Shown here: positions 26,962 through 40,319 of the stretch, in pieces
Position numbering within the stretch: the first letter of the stretch is position 1
Layout: each line of letters begins with the position of its first letter
Assembly (NCBI RefSeq): GCF_006345805.1
Contig: NC_043002.1
Span: 104,904,001 to 104,968,000, forward strand
Source: Octopus sinensis
Taxonomy: Eukaryota
Direction of reading: 5' to 3'
DNA length: 64,000 nucleotides
Position numbers and translations under genes: made by a program
The notes under the pieces: generated by a model
Database searches by the model: none
Seen by the model: only the letters and a program-made list of their open reading frames with translations
What the model was told of the DNA's origin: nothing

Positions 26962-28166
26962 GCATAAATATAAGCGGAGAATTCTCAAGAAAAACAAAAG
27001 ACGAAGAGAGCTGATGTAGACTACAAACAGATGTATTAGTTTAATACTTGGGAAGTGAATAAATTGTTTAACGTTTCGAGCAGACGGTCTGCCACAGAAA
27101 TGAACACACAAACAAACAAGGAGAGAAATAAAGAATGTGTAGTGGCTAGCGATCTGTCATGGCGAATACCGGACAGAGGGATCACACAGGAGAGCTAGGA
27201 AGAAGGGGTGATAATAAAGTAGTGGTGATCCTAAAACGAAGGGGGCGCGTGTGTGTGTGTGTATAAGAGAGAATGTGTGTGCGTGTGGAAGCGGGGTGGT
27301 GACTTTGACGTGTGCGTGTGTGCATGTGTAGGTGTGTGGATAATGGTATGGGGCTGGGACGTGGTCACTGCTAGTGTGTGCGTGGGGGTGTGATGTGATG
27401 TGGTTTTGTGTGGTATGGTGGTGCATGGTTTGTTGGTGTGTTGTGTGGTGTCGTGCTGTGGGATATCGGGAAGGCGAGAATGGGGAAAGCAAGGGCGGGT
27501 GTGAGTTAGGCTGAGGGTCGGAGTAGAGGTGGGATACTGTGTGAGTGTGTGTGTGTATATATATATATATTATATATATATACATGCATAAATATAAGCG
27601 GAGAATTCTCAAGAAAAACAAAAGACGAAGAGAGCTGATGTAGACTACAAACAGATGTATTAGTTTAATACTTGGGAAGTGAATAAATTGTTAACGTTTC
27701 GAGCAGACGGTCTGCCACAGAAATGAACACACAAACAAACAAGGAGAGAATAAAGAATGTGTAGTGGCTAGCGATCTGTCATGGCGAATACCGGACAGAG
27801 GGATCACACAGGAGAGCTAGGAAGAAGGGGTGATAATAAAGTAGTGGTGATCCTAAAACGAAGGGGGCGCGTGTGTGTGTGTGTATAAGAGAGAATGTGT
27901 GTGCGTGTGGAAGCGGGGTGGTGACTTTGACGTGTGCGTGTGTGCATGTGTAGGTGTGTGGATAATGGTATGGGGCTGGGACGTGGTCACTGCTAGTGTG
28001 TGCGTGGGGGTGTGATGTGATGTGGTTTTGTGTGGTATGGTGGTGCATGGTTTGTTGGTGTGTTGTGTGGTGTCGTGCTGTTGGGATATCGGGAAGGCGA
28101 GAATGGGGAAAGCAAGGGCGGGTGTGAGTTAGGCTGAGGGTCGGAGTAGAGGTGGGATACTGTGTG

Positions 28167-28180
<14 letters not shown>
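26959..28180. repeat. Near-identical 624-bp tandem duplication of an HHR-like family element
   Basis: CATGCATAAATATAAGCGGAGAATTCTC starts at 26959 and 27583. The copies differ only by single-base indels and are bounded by (TA)n. Confidence 0.92.
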
Positions 28181-28198
<18 letters not shown>

Positions 28199-28461
28199 GA
28201 TATATATATATACTGTATATACTCGCACACACACTCGTGTTTGCATGGGTGTATTCATTTGTGCGTGTGGCTATGTGTGTATGTTTGTGAGTGCTGGAGA
28301 ATGAGAGAAAGGAAGAGATGCTATTCCACAACAGCAGTTGTTGAATCATGACGTAACAAATGATAGAAATTGCAAAGAGAAGCAACAAATTTTCTGCGGT
28401 CATTGCGTCCGATTAATCAGTCCTTTTGTTGATACACACTTGCACACACTTACACACACAG

Positions 28462-28533
<72 letters not shown>

Positions 28534-29615
28534 TAACATGCACATTCGTACTCACTCACAGGTACATAAACGTATACACATTTACACACACATACAACTA
28601 CTCAGACATATGCATTAACACAAGCGCACGCGGACATACGAAATAACCAGATGTACACACATGCATACACATTCTCATTCTCGAGAGATCTTGTGAATTC
28701 CTTCAGTTTGCGACCAAATTTATCACTACTTCCTCTTTCTCTACTTTCGGAAACCTCACCAACCATCTGCTATAACTCACCACCACTACCACAACAACCA
28801 TCAACGGCACCATTACCACCACCATCACTTTGGCAACAAGCACACCCAGTCACCATTCTGTGTTTCAATAATTTAATAAATTTAGCATCTGCTGAGATTT
28901 TCTCGGTGAAGAAAAATAAATTATTTAAGAGTTTGATAATATTTCCTGAACAAATTAGCTTGATCGAATTTTCGAGGGAAAGAGGGTTACAGTGGTAGTG
29001 GTAGTGGTAGTGGTGGGAGCAGTGGTGAGAGTGGGGTGGCGATGGTAGATCTGACAGAAGAGTGACTAGTGTGGTTAGATTATAGGATACGAGTAGCAGG
29101 GAGAGGGATATCAAAGAGGTGTAGCAACATTAGCGTTGAACTGGAGGAGTCGGCAAGTGGTCGCTTAGAATGCATGCTTGATTTATTTGTTAGTAATCAC
29201 TACGATCGTGTTTCAAATCTCACTGAGGTCAGATTTGCATTCATCCTTTCAGGGTCGACGACAAAAGTTTCGAATTCAAGGCAATGGATTAGAAGAAACA
29301 TTGGAATCGAGGACAATGCGGGGGAACACACGTGTGTCTATCTGTCTGTTGTGCTCCTTGTGTTCTGAGTTCAACTCAAGCTATGGCCTAATTCGATGAG
29401 AGAATTAATCCATAGCTCTTTTTAACACAGCAATCTGGTTTCTTGGATGCTTTTGGAGGAATCCAATCTATTGCATCCTTTCAGGCCGGTTTCTGGCTTG
29501 GTCTTACCTTCCAACTGTTCCCACTTCTGTCTCGGTGGCCCTCTAGCGGCTCAGAAGCACGGCCGTTACTCGTAAGCATAAAATATTCCTTTCACATCAC
29601 CCGAAGTCAATGAGA

Positions 29616-29663
29616 GCGACAGATACCAATATTTCGTGGTTCCGTTCCGCTCATCAGTGTCAC
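29616..29663 (-). ncRNA. Type I hammerhead ribozyme, near intact
   Basis: GUGACA-CUGAUGA-GcGG aacggaa CCaC-GAA-AUAUUGGUAU-C-UGUCGC. Stem I has 6 bp, stem II has one mismatch, stem III is near-palindromic and the triplet is AUC. Confidence 0.78.
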
Positions 29664-30030
29664 ATACTCACTTCGTTGAGTTTCGGGCCGATTTCGCATC
29701 ACTTAGCTTTGAAACATGATGCGATTTTTATTTTCTTTTTAACTCTACAGTTCTTTAAAGGGATATCCTTTATACGAGATACTGCAGCTTTGTGGCATTT
29801 AGCAACATATATATATTTAGCAACATATATATATATTTAGCAACATATATATTTCTGTAGGCTCGAAACGCTAAAGACTTGTTTTATTTATATTTCCTGA
29901 GCGCCATACTAATACAATTGTTTGTTTGTATTCCACCTGCCTTCGTCTTTTGTTTATTTCCGTAAACCTGCCTTCGTCTTTTGTCTATTTTCATGAAGCT
30001 TCCCGTTATATATATACATATATATATATA

Positions 30031-30197
30031 TTGGTAAAAACGGTAAGATAACAAAAGAAAGAGATATCAATATTATGTAAATAGAGGAAATTTATCTGTA
30101 AAATAATATGTGACAATTATTCAACAGCCAAGATAAAACTCTGAGATTCGGATGCCGAGGTGGAAATCCACAACACCATCACTTCGGTTTAAAGAGC
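30031..30197 (-). mobile_element. (TA)n-abutting short element with degenerate HHR-like motif (30133-30190)
   Basis: Minus strand reads CCGAAGu-GAUG..GUGGAUUUCCAC..CAUC-c-GAAu-CUCAGAG-UU-UUAU. It has a long stem II and a CUC-A-GAG stem III like the 49120-49153 motif. Confidence 0.5.
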
Positions 30198-31334
30198 AAT
30201 TCTGTCACCGAATTAGGCCATAGCGTGTGTTGAACTCAGAACACAAGGATTTTTCTTTCGCCTAGCTTTGAATTATGCTTTGCTATTTTCACGCTTAACG
30301 TCTTTAAAGGAATCGAGCTGGTGTTTAACAATACGCATGTATTTCTTTTTATAATTTTGATACTGTTTAGTTAGTTTGTGTATTTGAGAATTTCCCTATT
30401 GCGTGAAATGAACTGCATATATACATTGGTGCGGAAACCAAACGCGAGTTTGTAAATAGAAACCCAGACTTAATGAAACGAACTTCTCTGTGATGTTTGG
30501 TCTGCGAAATTCTATACAGATCCAATTTAAGTACTGACCCCTTCAGTTAGTAACATTTCTGCTTTATTTTTGTTATTTTGGTGCATCTATCCAACGAAAT
30601 TGTACACATATTTATTCATTATTAACAAAAGAAGTAAATAAGCGACAACAAAGTCCTCATGTAACTTCAAATGCTTCTTTGAATGAACTGATTCAGTTCC
30701 TTATATTGTGCAGATAACTTGATATTCTGTAATCGAAGTCTCAGATGAGTGTTTTCGGCCGAAAAGCACCTATGGAAATATGGAATTGATTAGACAGAAA
30801 TATAAGCCTTGATTTAGGAATAAAATTATTAAAAAAAGAGAGATACTTGTCAACTAAAAAATAATGTCAGCGCTCCGATATTAGGATAAAATGAATGCGG
30901 GTTTCCCCTTTCTCAATTTGTTGGTCGCTTCTCAAAGAAGATTTAGCAAATCTCCTCCTTCACTCCGTACCACAGAATTCTTATATGTATCAGTCGATCA
31001 TACGGCTATTGCTTTGGCAATTAACGTGTATATTTTTGCTTTAAAATATTCGTCATTAAACGTAGGGTGCATGTTGTATGTGCAATACAGATTAAAACTG
31101 ATTTTCAGAAATGTAGTTGAATATTATAAAAACTTAAACTTAATTATCAACAACGTAACAGAGTAAACATATTCTTTATATATCTACATGTCTATGGGTA
31201 TAAATATTCATGTGTATGAGCATGCATCTGCGTATAAAAGTACATATATAAACATATACGTATCTATATTTACATATATATATGTATGTGTGTGTGTATG
31301 TATATATCTATATATATATATATATATATAATAA

Positions 31335-31513
31335 ATATTAGGGAATATATCCAAATTTACAGGGAAAAAAAATCAGATTTAGGATTAAATCCAATTTTAT
31401 AGTAAAATATTATAAAATATTATTTGAGACACTATTTATTAAATTTTATGTATTGATTAAGTCTTTCCTTGTTTGTTTTGCAAAATAGTGGTTTTGTCTC
31501 AAATAATATTTAT

Positions 31514-31514
<1 letters not shown>
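31335..31514. mobile_element. Short fold-back element between (TA)n tracts
   Basis: AAATATTATTTGAGAC..ACTATTT (31415-31437) is inverted at 31483-31511. The element begins ATTAGGG next to (TA)n. Confidence 0.55.
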
Positions 31515-31555
<41 letters not shown>

Positions 31556-31564
31556 AATATATAT

Positions 31565-31566
31565 AT

Positions 31567-31618
<52 letters not shown>

Positions 31619-31714
31619 TAGATAGATAGATAGATAGATAGGTAGATAGATAGATAGATAGACAGATAGACAGACAGACAGATAGGAGAGAGAGAGAGAG
31701 AAATAGATAGATAA

Positions 31715-31771
<57 letters not shown>

Positions 31772-31800
31772 CAGACAGATAGATGGAACGATAGATATAT

Positions 31801-31831
<31 letters not shown>

Positions 31832-31852
31832 TAGATTGATAGATAGATAGAT
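31565..31852. repeat. (GATA)n microsatellite array
   Basis: Direct reading. Confidence 0.95.
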
Positions 31853-31854
31853 TT

Positions 31855-31995
31855 TAATCCCTTGCCATGTGGCGGGGTTCACATATCGCACCCTCAGTAT
31901 ATCGCGGGTTTCTGTGGCCAATAGCTATTTATATTTTTTTTTACATTTCTGCGAGGTTTTGGAACACAACCCCCGCGATAGTCGAGGGAATACTG
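31855..31995. mobile_element. Tc1/mariner (Tigger/pogo-like) MITE remnant
   Basis: The right end reverse-complements to TA|CAGTATTCCCTCGACTATCGCGGGGGTTGTGTTCCA. The left end is AATCCCTTGCCATGTGGCGGGGTTCACATATCGC with internal TATCGC repeats. Confidence 0.5.
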
Positions 31996-32829
31996 TATAT
32001 ACGGTTATTACATGCGCACGCACACTCACACCCTCATACACAGAGACACACCCACATATAAGTGTACATGCACACATTCTCACACTTGTATATTTATAGC
32101 GAAAAGATAGCAAGATAATAGATATGTAGATGAAGCACTGTGCGGATGTCAATTACTTTCTGCGTCTCTGTAATAATCTCGCTTATGAGTCTGACCTATA
32201 ACTCCACCGTCTTAATAAACCTGTTTTTCCAGCCCCACCCAGAATATTATCATGACATAACAGTTTACCACACCTCATTTTTAAATTTCTCTTCAATCAT
32301 TTACCAACCCTTGTGTACTCTAACTTCATAATACTGGCTATTCCTTCCACTCCTTATTTCCTAACCTTGCAATACACCCACTGACTCGCCGAGGGGAAGA
32401 TGTGCCCATAATACCCCAGAGCTGCTAATTAACCCAAATAATGTATATCATTCCACTTGCCTAAAAATTATATTTGTACGTAGTATGTATATATACTTCT
32501 TTTCTACTCTAGACACAAGGCCCGTACTTAGTGTATATATAGAATAGAATAAGAAATATATAAATTTGAAAAAAAATATATGGATAGAAATGGCTTTTCT
32601 GATAATTTTCCCACTTTAATGATTAGATGTCTATAAGTTATAAACATCTAATGATTAAAGTGGACAATCATCAGAAAAGCCATTTCTGTTCATTTTTTTA
32701 CAAAAAATATATACGCACCAACGCACACACGCAAACACACAAACACCCACACACACGCAAACACACATATATATATATAATATATTATATATATATATAT
32801 CTATATATATATATATATATATATACAAA

Positions 32830-33060
32830 AGGCCGCGAGCTGGCAGAAACGTTAGCAGGCTGGGCGAAATGCGTAGCCGTATTTCGTCTGTCGTTACGTC
32901 GTGAGTTCAAATTCCGCCGAGGTCGACTTTGCCTTTCATCCTTTCGGGGTCGATAAATTAAGTACCAGTTACGCACTGGGGTCGATGTAATCGACTTAAT
33001 CCGTTTGTCTGTCCTTGTTTGTCCCCTCTATGTTTAACCCCTTGTGGGCAATAAAGAAAT
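32830..33060 (+). mobile_element. SINE family A, full length, inserted in (TA)n
   Basis: AGGCCGCGAGCTGGCAGAAACGTTAG...GAGTTCAAATTCCGCCGAGGTCGAC...CCCCTTGTGGGCAATAAAGAAAT. Confidence 0.92.
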
Positions 33061-33144
33061 ATATATATATATGTGTGTGTGTATGCATGCATACACATAT
33101 ACACGCGCACACGCACATATATATAGATATATGGATGCATGCAT

Positions 33145-33175
33145 ACACACACGCACACACACACATACACACACA

Positions 33176-33220
<45 letters not shown>

Positions 33221-34135
33221 CATACATTTCATATTACGCTAAGAAGCGATGCACGGTACCAGGATGTTCGAATGGAGTCGATAAACACACGCACGTACGC
33301 CATCAGCTTTCTCCATCTCTTACATCTACGAGCTTTGGCTCGGTTCTCAACGTAAGCTTTTCTTCCCCGCTGTCCACGTATGTCCCTTGCGCTGGATCTT
33401 GTTGCACGAACTCACGAATTTGGCTTTGCTTTTCTTCACTGTTTCCATTCCTCACACCCACGCATATAGGTGTGCGTGTTAATACCTGCATGTATAAGTC
33501 TACACACACCTGTGTAATCATTTTATTAGATCTTGCCATTACACTACATCATCTTAACAGACAATTCTCCCTTAGTACCCAGAGAACCACATCCTACACC
33601 CATGTATTCACGTTTCCATTCCACTAATCTTACTATATAAGACAATACTGCAATTGTAAAATCGGATATCGGAAACACTCAGCAACGGAGCAATGATATA
33701 TAAAATAAAACGTGTAGGGAACATTGCGGATCCTTCAGGATGCATTAAGCTAATGTCGTCTAGTTTATGCTATCTCTTGACTTGATCTTTGTCACTTTGA
33801 CTTCTCTAATAACATCCTTTTTTTCTTTAATTCCATTATTAACCTTCTCAAGAAAATTGCTTTGTGGGCTTTTCATTTAGCAAATTGACTGCCTCTTCTT
33901 TTTTCCATTCAAGTTGTCACATCAGAAACGAACAGCGCTGATATATTTCTAGAATGCGAAGAAAAGTAAATCAGGGGAAAGTGAAATTATATGCGTTGGG
34001 CCAACTACCTCTATCCCTCACTTCCTTCTCTCTACTTTCTACGTCACTATATACATATGTATGGACACACACGCACGCACACGCACACACTTACACACAC
34101 ATAGACACACACGCACACACACACATACACACACA

Positions 34136-34180
<45 letters not shown>

Positions 34181-35080
34181 CATACATTTCATATTACGCT
34201 AAGAAGCGATGCACGGTACCAGGATGTTCGAATGGAGTCGATAAACACACGCACGTACGCCATCAGCTTTCTCCATCTCTTACATCTACGAGCTTTGGCT
34301 CGGTTCTCAACGTAAGCTTTTCTTCCCCGCTGTCCACGTATGTCCCTTGCGCTGGATCTTGTTGCACGAACTCACGAATTTGGCTTTGCTTTTCTTCAAC
34401 TGTTTCCATTCCTCACACCCACGCATATAGGTGTGCGTGTTAATACCTGCATGTATAAGTCTACACACACCTGTGTAATTCATTTTATTAGATCTTGCCA
34501 TTACACTACATCATCTTAACAGACAATTCTCCCTTAGTACCCAGAGAACCACATCCTACACCCATGTATTCACGTTTCCATTCCACTAATCTTACTATAT
34601 AAGACAATACTGCAATTGTAAAATCGGATATCGGAAACACTCAGCAACGGAGCAATGATATATAAAATAAAACGTGTAGGGAACATTGCGGATCCTTCAG
34701 GATGCATTAAGCTAATGTCGTCTAGTTTATGCTATCTCTTGACTTGATCTTTGTCACTTTGACTTCTCTAATAACATCCTTTTTTTCTTTAATTCCATTA
34801 TTAACCTTCTCAAGAAAATTGCTTTGTGGGCTTTTCATTTAGCAAATTGACTGCCTCTTCTTTTTTCCATTCAAGTTGTCACATCAGAAACGAACAGCGC
34901 TGATATATTTCTAGAATGCGAAGAAAAGTAAATCAGGGGAAAGTGAAATTATATGCGTTGGGCCAACTACCTCTATCCCTCACTTCCTTCTCTCTACTTT
35001 CTACGTCACTATATACATATGTATGGACACACACGCACGCACACGCACACACTTACACACACATAGACACACACGCACAC
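33145..35080. repeat. Near-identical 960-bp tandem duplication
   Basis: CATACATTTCATATTACGCTAAGAAGCG occurs at 33221 and 34181. Differences seen are single-base indels, and the junctions lie in (CA)n/(TA)n. Confidence 0.92.
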
Positions 35081-35218
35081 ACCACACGCACAAATACATA
35101 TACAGATACACACACATGCCTACAGATGTTCGGTTTATACATATACTATATTTTTTTACTAATGTAAAACAAAATTGCTAAATTTCAATGTAGAACTCAA
35201 TACATTACACATATGTAG

Positions 35219-35363
35219 GTGTTGTTATTATTGTTATTGTTATTGTTGTTGTTGTTGTTATCATTATTACTATTATAATTATTATTACCATTATTATTAT
35301 TATTATTATCATTATTATTATTATTATTATTATTACTATTATTAATATTATTATTATTATTAA

Positions 35364-35398
<35 letters not shown>

Positions 35399-35453
35399 GT
35401 AGTAGTAGTAGTAGTAGTAGTAGTAACATTATTATTAGTAGTAGTAGTATTAT

Positions 35454-35497
<44 letters not shown>

Positions 35498-35523
35498 TCA
35501 TTATCATAAACATTATTATTATT
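35219..35523. repeat. (TTA/TTG/TAG)n trinucleotide array
   Basis: Direct reading; source of the poly-N/poly-I spurious ORFs. Confidence 0.95.
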
Positions 35524-35568
35524 CAGCATAATTAAATATCAGAATGAGATTGAAACAGTAATCGCTCG

Positions 35569-35757
35569 ATAATGTAAAGTATAGAAGCCATCTTATCATG
35601 GCTAACCACATTGGGGAGGGGGTGTTACTGTAGCTTTATAGCCCCAAGAATCTAAAGCCAGCTAGAGACGACGATCTCTTGGGGCTATAAAGCTACAGTA
35701 ACACCCCCTCCCCAATGTGGTTAGCCATGATAAGATGGCTTCTATACTTTACATTAT
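35569..35757. repeat. Essentially perfect ~81-bp fold-back next to (ATT)n
   Basis: ATAATGTAAAGTATAGAAGCC...GCCCCAAGA (35569-35649) and its reverse complement at 35677-35757, with a 27-nt loop. Confidence 0.92.
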
Positions 35758-37912
35758 TATTATTATTATTATCATTATAGTCCTTCCTGCGTGCATTTTA
35801 TTTCATGACTAAAATATTCAAATACAGTGTATGCGCATAATCCGTAACAGAATCTGAATTGGAATGTTCCCTGAAATTACTTCACTCCTTTCTTCTCGTT
35901 TTGCAAAATGAAATAGGAATCAGACTCAACCATTTGTTGTTTCTGTGTATTTGAGGTGGTGGTGGTGGTGGTGGTGGTGGTGGTGGGACCTTTATAATGG
36001 TTGCCTGTTCTTCCATGTTATCATAATGTTCTGGTCTTTGTACCTATGGGTTTTCGCAGGTGCCTGTAGCATACAGTCATGATTCCGGAGTTTGGAACCA
36101 AAGTTTTTAGGAAAAACTGCAGAGGTAAATTATTGTTGATTCAGTGTTAAATTTGATTCAGGTTAATTAACAATTTCTGGTGAGTTTAATTGCTGGAGTG
36201 TGGTCTCTTCATTTAGTCTGAATATAGCCTGGATATATAAATGTGAAATCCGCTTGATTATTACCTTTGTTTTTGTATAGGATCTTGAAGATTACTTTCA
36301 CAAGGGGTTCAATGCAGTGGAATAGTGAAAGACATTAAATGTGATTTCTTACGATAAAAGCGATGTCTAATAGTCTCTCATTTGCATATCGTTACATTCG
36401 TGAGTTATGCCAATTAATTATCTGAAGTAATGAGACTGTGTTAATTGGTTGTGAATTGTAAATAAATTTACGTGCCTACGTTTAGTAAACAAGAAACTAC
36501 CTTCAGTCTGCAAAGAGACCCGCTGATTAATGAACAGTTCTACCCTGTATATATGGCCCAATAATACATTGCTCACTGCGCCTCGAATCGACATTCTCAG
36601 TGTGATGTCTGCAAATCGTTTGAACTTGCAAAACTAAAAGGCTCCAGAAACAACACGGAACACATTAATTATTCCTATTTACCCAATGAATTCCTAGATC
36701 CGTGTAAAGTACACATTGTACTGTGTTTGTAATTTTTTATGGCAAGTATGAGAGTGCTTGCACCTGAGCACGCATGTTGCAGTGTTCTAAGGGAAGGAGT
36801 GTCAAGCAGCGACATAGTCCGGACTTCGATCTCTGAATGTATGTGAATCTCACGTCAGACATAACCTCAAAGCAGATGCAAGACTGAAATGTTTAAACGA
36901 TGCCCAATGTAACTCATTTGCTGTCAGTGTCATCAGCTCTACTCTCTGTTATATTTAACGCTCTTAATGTCTGCTTGTGTGATATTTTGGTTGCTGGTAC
37001 GAAACTTATGAACACTTGAGATGAAAGCTAAAAATAGACCTTGTTTAATTTTAGCTCATAACGTAAAGAGTCGAGGGCCGGAAAAAGCAGTGCAAAGAAA
37101 TATTTCTTGCATTCTAACATTCCGTCAGTATGACTCTTTCACTGTCATAAATAATGTTAACATGTTATAGTACCAATCAAATATATGATATATAAATACT
37201 GAATTTCTTTATTTTGATATCATCTGCGAAAAAGGAATGTACTTTTTTAGCTTCTTTCATATTTCAACAAAATGGTAGTCAGAAATGATGAACGTAGCAC
37301 CCTTCGAAATTAAGCATTACCGCTTGGGCTAGTGACGGGAGGGGAAGGCAGAATGTAATAACCAAATATTATCAATGGATGGGAGATATGTTTGGAACAA
37401 ATCAGTGACCGATTGCTAAAAGAAGACACACAGTCTTGTTAAACAGAAGACAAATGATGTAAAACTACGTGGCAACAGTTACGAAATACGAGCTTCAAGT
37501 TTGGAAAAACAGATGACAAGACAGAACGGATTCATATCGGATTACAAAATTCCATCTCAGTATGAGCTGTCCATGGGAGTAACAAAACATGCCACCAAAC
37601 CGATGACTCTGTCGCAGTTCATGTCCAACAAGTTTCCCTCGTGAAAAATGTTTAACTCGTTGCAACGATAAAAGATATCTAAACAAAATGCCACGCACTG
37701 AGGTTGAAATCCGAACCTTCTAGTTACAAAACAAACGATTTAATCACACGTCTATACGTGCACAAGTATATGTGCGTATCTGTAGATCAGGTTTATCTTT
37801 CTGCTTGAATTCCAATATGATTGGCTACAACTAGAGCTTTGAAACTGAATTTGTTGGTTTGCGTGTGAGTCCCTCTCTCTCTCTCTCACTCTCTCTCTCT
37901 CTCTCTCTCTCA

Positions 37913-37960
<48 letters not shown>

Positions 37961-38354
37961 TATTATATAAATGTGTGTGTGGGTTGTGTGCGAGTAAATG
38001 TGAAATACGAAAATGCTCACCATAACTATAGCACGGCAGTAAACACGGAGATAATGTAGGAATGGCAAGCACTTCCGTTCTGTCTGAATTCTTCCAGATT
38101 GATATTTTCACAAATAGAAGCGTGAATTAACCCGACCGTTAGATTTCCTCTATACCAGAGCTCTACCTGTCATTCCATAATTACATGTACATATATAGAT
38201 TTACCTATATGGATCTCTGCTTGTACAAAAGTATGTTGCATGCAAGCGTCTACTCACGTAACGTAAGCCTGAATATATCTATGCATACGTATCTATATGT
38301 ATAATTGTATGCACATAAAAATTTACTCATATATATGTGTATATATATGCATTG

Positions 38355-38448
<94 letters not shown>

Positions 38449-39227
38449 TATGTATTTATGTATGTATGTTTGTATATACATATATACATGCGTCTTTCTT
38501 ATTCTTTCTTTATGTAAACACGCATTTACTCGTATGTACGTGCATATACATACACATATACACACACAGATTTTGATACTCGTTGAATGATACATACAGT
38601 CATGCATACAAAATGCGTTTGAAGTGCGTACACAAATAGTTGTAAGCTCAAAATGGAAGCGGTCAGTGCACTTACGGTGTAACGTAACATTTAGATAATT
38701 GCCCTGATCTCGTAGTGACGAAAGACGAGCGTCAAGTTTGGAAACATGGATGACAGGGCAGAGCCGATTCACATCCGGTTGCAAAATTTCATCTCAGTAT
38801 GAATGAGCTGTCCAATGGAAGCAAGAATACCGTAAAATCATCAATGTCCCACAAAATATCCATCCATGTTTGCTTATGCATCCAAATGCTGGTCATCCCG
38901 GTGGAAACAAAACACTGTCGGAGAGAATATATGACAAGAAAGAATCAATAAGTGATGGTATTCTTTTGATTTTTTAGGGAACCCCTATGTCTCTCCTTCC
39001 AGATGCTCCTCCAGGAAACTAAACATAGAAAGTGCATCGTAGACACACACACACACTCACACGCACACAGCACGCTCACACACACAAACGCGCACACATA
39101 CACACGTACACGCTCATAGAGTATGGGACAGAATGTTATCGACCTCTCGTTGTTTGTTAGTAAATTTAGGCAAGTGTAACCATGGTGGTTTCACTTGATG
39201 CACGCCAAGGGTTTGCTTTCCTAAGGT

Positions 39228-39449
39228 TTCTTACTCTCTTTACTCTTTTACTTGTTTCAGTCTGTTGACTGCGGCCATGCTGGAGCACCGCCTTAAATCG
39301 AGTAACTCGACCCCGGGACTTATTCTTTTGCAAACCCAGTACTTATTCTATCGGTCTCTTTTGCCGAACCGCTAGGTAACGGGGACATAAACACACCAGC
39401 ATCGGTTGTCAAGCAATACTAGGGGGACAAACACAGACACACATACACA

Positions 39450-39487
<38 letters not shown>

Positions 39488-39653
39488 TACGACGGGCTTC
39501 TTTTAGTTTCCGTCTACCAAATCCACCCACAAGGCTTTAGTCGGCTCGAGGCTATAGTACAAGACACTTTCCCAAGGCGCCACGCAGTGAGACTGAGCCC
39601 AGAACCGTGTGGTTGGTAAGCAAGCTACTTACCACACAGCCACTCCTGCGCCT
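39228..39653 (-). mobile_element. tRNA-derived CORE-like SINE (family B) with internal microsatellite
   Basis: Minus head AGGCGCAGGAGTGGCTGTGTGGTAAG, CORE-like GCCTTGGGAAAGTGTCTT, internal (TA)n(TG)n and tail CAAGTAAAAGAGTAAA. Other copies at 49221-49615, 53978-54265 and 62422-62572. Confidence 0.88.
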
Positions 39654-39783
39654 ATATATTTAAACAGTTAAATTTGCGATTTATTTTGCATCATCTTGTG
39701 TTTGTATGTATGTGAGTTTATATTCATGTTGTAAGGTGTGGCATTGATCTAAGATATTATGCCCTTTATATGTATATATATAT

Positions 39784-39827
<44 letters not shown>

Positions 39828-39828
<1 letters not shown>

Positions 39829-40050
39829 CAATGAGGGAGATGAATTGATATTAATTTAATTAATATCAATTTAAAACCAGTAGCCTAGCATATAAGAAAT
39901 CTGAAATATTAGAAAAATTAAATGCATGTGTATATTTAGGAATAAGCTACTAAGTGGGTAATCAATATGCTAGAAGAAGATCACATACGATCTAACTACA
40001 AAGAAAGAATGTTCTCCAGAGAAAATTCACCGAACAGCAGAACATAGGCG
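39828..40050 (-). mobile_element. Diverged relative of the 14824/23581 element family, abutting (TA)n
   Basis: AATTGATATTAATTTAATTAATATCAATTTAAAACCAGTAGCCTAGCATAT resembles AATTGATATTTATCAATTAGAACCGTGGTCTAGCATAT; AAGTGGGTAATCAATATGCTAGA resembles AAGTGGACAGTCAACATGCTAGA. Confidence 0.55.
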
Positions 40051-40319
40051 GGCAAGATATATTATATATATATACATTTATTATGATATAGAGTTACTTC
40101 ATTGAATTAAACCATCTGCATATTATGCGTTAATGATTGAGGACAGCGATCGCCACATCATCTTTGCGCTACAAAATGTGATTTTATTATTTAGCCTGCT
40201 TCCATATGCGACATCAAGATGCGCAATACGATAAAACTTGCATGTGAAATCTGTCTATTGAATGTCTGAAATGCAGTATACAATATGAAATAGAAGAGCA
40301 ACGAGAAGAAACTATCAAA

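Noticed and set aside
33303-33539. Non-repetitive 78-aa ORF in the 960-bp duplication
   Set aside because: No recognisable domain or splice support, and it is frameshifted in the second copy.
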